A stretch of DNA of 64,000 nucleotides from Mobula birostris (taxonomy: Eukaryota): assembly GCF_030028105.1 (NCBI RefSeq), contig NC_092379.1:23615821-23679820 (forward strand). The letters run 5' to 3'. The position numbers were made by a program, and so were the translations under genes. Under the pieces are notes generated by a model. The model was given only the letters and a program-made list of their open reading frames with translations. It was not told the origin of the DNA and ran no database searches. Positions 59,778 to 64,000 of this stretch are shown here, one piece after another. The stretch's first letter is position 1, and every line of letters begins with the position of its first letter.

Positions 59778-60836
59778 CACAGTATTAATGTACAGTGCAA
59801 AAACGTCCGAGAGCATCAGTATCGTTCTATATACTTGCATTCCTTTCCATGTATTGTGTATATTAATCCTGCTTTACCTTCCATACAATGGATAATCCTT
59901 TAAGTAAATTTCCAATTGCACAGATTATGCTTCCAGATTTATATAATACAATTACTTTGCATGCTCTTTTGATCCTCAGATAAATCAAATCTACGCTAAT
60001 ATTGAAAACCCTGCAGTTTATGGGATCATTTATTAACTCTTTATTTTAAGGGGAATCGGTTTGTAATCAGTTCAGACAGTTCACTGATATAATGCTTTCA
60101 GGGGGTTTAGTGTTTATCAAAAATATGGCTTAGACTTATCAGACTGCCTCCTGGATGCGTTGCGAACCTGACGCATCATTTGCTAAGACACCCAGAGGCA
60201 GTGCTAATATTGGCAACATTTTAGACAAAAGATTTTTTTTGCATAAATTATTTGTTTATATCTTATCTTTAAGATTGTTCTTGATCATGGCAAGAAACAG
60301 TGTGTGGTCACTTACTGGACTGGACACTGCATTGCACTCACACCCGACTAAATGGAGCCGTTCAGTAATAATGAACATTTCGTAAAGAGAGGTTAATATC
60401 TGAAGCACCTTGAGCGGAACTCGTCTTTTAAGACTATTGATGGACTACCTATGGCAATATTGAGAGATGCACTACTTACATGGCGTGTTCGACTTAAAAC
60501 ATTACTCTACTTCTCTGTCCATTGACGCCGTTGACTTGCCAATTTTGTAGTTATACTTCAAAATTCTATCATTTGTCGTTCCCTTTTAACCGATAGTTAG
60601 AATCACACCAATTTCTCGCCCTTCTGCAATTTATATCCGCTTTACCCTCTAAACGGGATAACATTTACCTTGCTACCATTAAAGTACGAGGTATTATATC
60701 GGATATACTATATATCTTTCCTTACTCGCCCAGATATTCTCCAAACACAGATTAATGTCAGTATGGTGATATGTTACTAAACCATACATTCTTCTTGAGG
60801 AACCGACTGTAACTAACAACACCTGGTACTACTTAC

Positions 60837-60899
60837 TGGGCTCGACGGTCAGCTTCGTCCCACCTCCGAATATCAGAGGAGTTGCTGTTCCTCCATACA
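60837..60899 (-). CDS. TRAJ: TRAJ, intact
   Basis: YGGTATPLIFGGGTKLTVEP; CACAACG(60900)-12-ACAAAAACC; GTAAGT. Confidence 0.92.
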
Positions 60900-61568
60900 C
60901 ACAACGCGTGAGCCTGTCACAAAAACCCCCCGACTGAACACTTATTCGTTCAGTTCTCTGGTCCAGTTACAGGGCAATAGAATAATGGAAATAAAATAAA
61001 TCCGATTCCTATTCTTCGTGTACATTCTCCTGTTCACCCTTTTCATCTCCCTGATCCATTATTGGGGTGCTGGGGGCAAATAACTTGCGTTGCCTTGTGT
61101 AATAGAGTACATTCTCCATCTAAACGTCCTATTACACTCCATTGCATTTAATTATCAAAAAACTGTATAAAATTGACTTAATTCAATTTTCATATTAATT
61201 TAGGATGCCATTTGTCTCATTTAGTTTATTCTGAGCATTCCCTCAGTTCCGTGTTTCCACTTATTTCCGTGTAAACTATTCTTTCTCATATTCTTTCCCT
61301 CCTAATTCTCCTATCATCCATATATGCTATGGCAGTTTACAGTGGACACTGAACCTTTCATCACGCACGCTTAGATGAAAATACGTGGCACGCAGTCATT
61401 CAGAAGAGGGGAAATATACACAGAGCGTCTTTTTATAAACCAGATTTAGCGACGAACAACTATTTTTTTTTCTAATCATAGGAGCCTGTGGGTTAGGTCA
61501 GTTTAAAAGACGCTAATAATCAACTTTTCAACTTATTTTGTTTACGAAATAAGAATAGTAGAACTTCG

Positions 61569-61632
61569 TGAGTTCTACAATTAGTCGGATTCCACTCCCG
61601 AATGTTAGCTTGTTGGTGCTTCCATTAATCCA
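61569..61632 (-). pseudogene. TRAJ: TRAJ with open frame but dead donor
   Basis: WINGSTNKLTFGSGIRLIVEL; CACAATG-12-GCAAAGGTT; donor CGAAGT. Confidence 0.8.
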
Positions 61633-61989
61633 CACAATGCCTGAGACCCTTGCAAAGGTTACTAAAATTTCAATCTTTTTCAGAAAAAGCGTAATGTTTC
61701 TGCTACGTAATTTACCACTCCAAGTTAACATTTATGATCCATAAATCATTTCACCATGGAACAGCCTCTCTAACTTCGTTAAACACGAGCGCATGAAATC
61801 TTAGTGATTTGCACAGCTATTGGTTATATTTTACTCGTTATATATCTTTGGTTATATATTGGCTGTATCAAGCCCATGCAGGTACTTGGAACATACCACA
61901 AATCATCCTCTCCTTCCTATATTCCTCGAAGACGTGGAATATAAAATCTTTTCGTTCTAACTCTCCTGGATCCCACCCGCACTGAAGAA

Positions 61990-62150
61990 AAATTGAAGCA
62001 GCAAATGCACTTGTGAGTCAGCACGACTTTGGGAAGTGGGAGGAAAACGGAGCACCCTGGTAAAGTCATTCCTTCACCAGAACCTTGAAAACCCAAACGG
62101 CAAGCACCGGAGATCAGAATGGAAAGCAGGTCACGGGAGCTATGCGGCAA
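61990..62150 (-). mobile_element. SINE (HE1-like)
   Basis: gactttgggaagtgggaggaaaacggagcaccctggtaaag...gcaccggagatcagaatggaaagcaggtcacgggagct. Confidence 0.65.
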
Positions 62151-62222
62151 CTATGTGGAGACGTATCCACAAACTTAAACCGAGCTCAAGGAAATTTAAG
62201 AATCATGGTCTGAGGTACTCAC

Positions 62223-62282
62223 TCGGTGTCGCGGTTAACTTAACTCCCGAGCCAAATGTTAGCCAAAACTGTCCTAATACTT
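62223..62282 (-). pseudogene. TRAJ: TRAJ with open frame and donor but decayed RSS
   Basis: VLGQFWLTFGSGVKLTATP; no CAC heptamer (TACAGAA-12-TTTAAAACT); GTGAGT. Confidence 0.75.
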
Positions 62283-62812
62283 TACAGAACAGTGAGAAAT
62301 ATTTAAAACTAGACTGCATTGCACACGCCTATAAGATTTTATCATACCATTTTGCATTTTAGAGGGATTATTTTTGTGCATTACATTCATACAGTTAGCT
62401 GGCTTACTTCTTGTGTTCTGAGACGCCACATTTAAATAACAGAATGTATTGGAAAAACACACTCTCTTAAAACCTAACCGTGACATAGCGGTCTCCGGTC
62501 ATTTGCTGCTTCATAGCTTTCTGATGCGCAATTAAGGTAGCCAAAAATTACATTTTAATAACTTCCATCAACGTTCTGTACCTAATTGACCTTCTCCTGA
62601 TACAGTCTGAACATATCGTTTCATTTCATTGAATGTTTAGCATACTTCTTCGGACGAGCATTATTTAGTTTTATATTTGCATATATGTGCTAAAACATAG
62701 CTTCTATACAGTACACCATTGATTCCTTCAGAACATTTTTTTCCTCTGAAGATGTGCTCCAAATTCGAAATGTTGCCAAGGACACAGCGTAATTGGGGTT
62801 TGAAGCACTTAC

Positions 62813-62878
62813 CAGGTAGCACCCTTAACTTGGTTCCTGATCCAAAGGTCAGCCCACTTATGGATCCACCAGCATTCA
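62813..62878 (-). CDS. TRAJ: TRAJ, intact
   Basis: NAGGSISGLTFGSGTKLRVLP (ORF 62661-62879); CACAATG(62879)-12-TCAAAAAAA; GTAAGT. Confidence 0.9.
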
Positions 62879-63074
62879 CACAATGATACTCACCAACTCA
62901 AAAAAAATGGAGCTCTTTTGATATCTATAAAGGCAGACTTCTCATAAAATTCTTGGAATTTTAAATAAAATAATTGCAGATTCTGGAAATCTACAACTAA
63001 ATATGCTATCCTGTAAAAACACGGCAGACCAAGCAGAATCAGTGAAAAGATAAACAGGATGAATACTGTTTCTT

Positions 63075-63330
63075 TTTAGCAGAATCATAGTGTTAGACAG
63101 CATGGAAACCGGGTATTGGGGCCAAATCATCTATGGCAACCAAGGTGTCAACGTTAGCTAGTCCCATTTTCCTTCATTTTTTCCATATCTCTCTACCTTC
63201 CATATCCACGTATTGACCTCTAATGCCTGTTAATCCTGGCGATTGCCCTGCCCCTACAGTTTTCTCTCGCAGGTCATTCCATATACACACCGCCCTCCGC
63301 GTGAAACTTTGCCTCTCCATATCAAATCTT
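63075..63330 (-). mobile_element. CR1 3' end relic
   Basis: agaatcatagtgttagacagcatggaaacc... and ggtcattccatatacacaccgccctccgcgtgaaac. Confidence 0.6.
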
Positions 63331-63892
63331 GAGTTGACTTCACGATAACGATTCCTATCTTGATTATATGATTATCTGAATCGTTGATTCAACACATTTT
63401 CCAAATTACATTAATCTTAACAGACTCATCCTCCCGCAGAAGTCAGACTCGAGGACTTAGCGTCCTTCAGCTATAATGAACAGAATTGTTACACATTTAC
63501 TTTTAAAGGCTATGGTTTATGTGATGGCCTCTGTATCTGAGGAGCCTTACGAAAACGTACGTTTTATCTGACCTCAATCACTTCCCTTGAATAATCGATG
63601 CAATTCTAAAACACCGTTCCTTGTCTGCACACACTTAATTGCTTCCGTCCCCTTATTGTTCCTATGGTGAGATTCCACAAATTTTGTTGAGAATTAGCAA
63701 ACGAAGAGAGGTAACAAGATATATATTAACACTTTTTTTTGGTTACATGTCTGGGTGGTGTACCGATAGGGAAATACTGTTTCACAGATACACTTCTTTA
63801 ATAATATTTTACTGAACTATACATTTCTGACTTCGATTAGAGTGACTGGCTGTGGATGGCGATTCTATTTATTAGCATGTTATCTTACTTAC

Positions 63893-63955
63893 TTGGTTCT
63901 ATGGTCAGCCTGGTCCCACTTCCAAATATCAGAGGGGTAGTTCCTCCAGTATTCA
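63893..63955 (-). CDS. TRAJ: TRAJ, intact
   Basis: NTGGTTPLIFGSGTRLTIEP; CACAACG(63956)-12-ACAAAAACC; GTAAGT. Confidence 0.92.
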
Positions 63956-64000
63956 CACAACGCCTGACTCCTTCACAAAAACCTCCCCAGTCTCCTCATT

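Larger units (their letters stand above)
1..64000 (-). other. TRAJ: T-cell receptor alpha J-segment cluster (interior portion; no V, D or C)
   Basis: More than 75 co-oriented 52-67 nt segments with FGXG-type motif, a 12-spacer RSS at the 5' end and a phase-1 GT donor, with no interspersed C exon. FGXG excludes IgH J (WGXG); the number and spacing fit TRA rather than TRB, TRG, TRD or IgL. Confidence 0.93.

Noticed and set aside
60309-60380. Donor-like ACTTAC followed by J-length sequence
   Set aside because: No FGXG-like motif or RSS.
280-63130. Remaining short ORFs in the track
   Set aside because: They are 60-140 aa and low-complexity or repeat-derived; no V, D, C or host-gene exon is recognisable.
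554-63955. AGCT (AID hotspot) in about a third of Js, of interest because shark TCR-alpha undergoes somatic hypermutation
   Set aside because: Mostly explained by AAG-CTN (K-L) codons; enrichment cannot be shown without a codon-shuffling test.

Overview
This is vertebrate DNA, almost certainly from a cartilaginous fish; the repeat content suggests a ray, though that is only an inference from recalled repeat families. The whole window lies inside a T-cell receptor alpha J-segment (TRAJ) cluster on the minus strand. I read 53 apparently usable J segments: 49 carry the canonical FGXG motif, two FAAG, one FGGE and one LGSG. Each has a 12-bp-spacer RSS and a phase-1 GT splice donor. About 24 further segments are pseudogenes or relics. 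No V, D or C exon is present, so the C-alpha gene should lie to the left of base 1 and the V/TRD region to the right of base 64000. The cluster was built by tandem duplication: an approximately 8-copy four-J module at 4.9-26.3 kb, a 3-J duplication at 32.8-38.8 kb, and a further duplication at 45.7-51.4 kb. Spacers contain CR1 and Rex1 LINE fragments, tRNA-type SINEs, a Penelope-like inverted-repeat element with degenerate hammerhead-ribozyme cores, and GA/GATA microsatellites. The ORF-track entries are spurious apart from those overlapping J segments or LINE fragments. In the evidence fields, RSSs are written as they read on the + strand (heptamer-spacer-nonamer), while peptides and donors are read on the minus strand. 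All coordinates were counted by hand; repeat boundaries are approximate.
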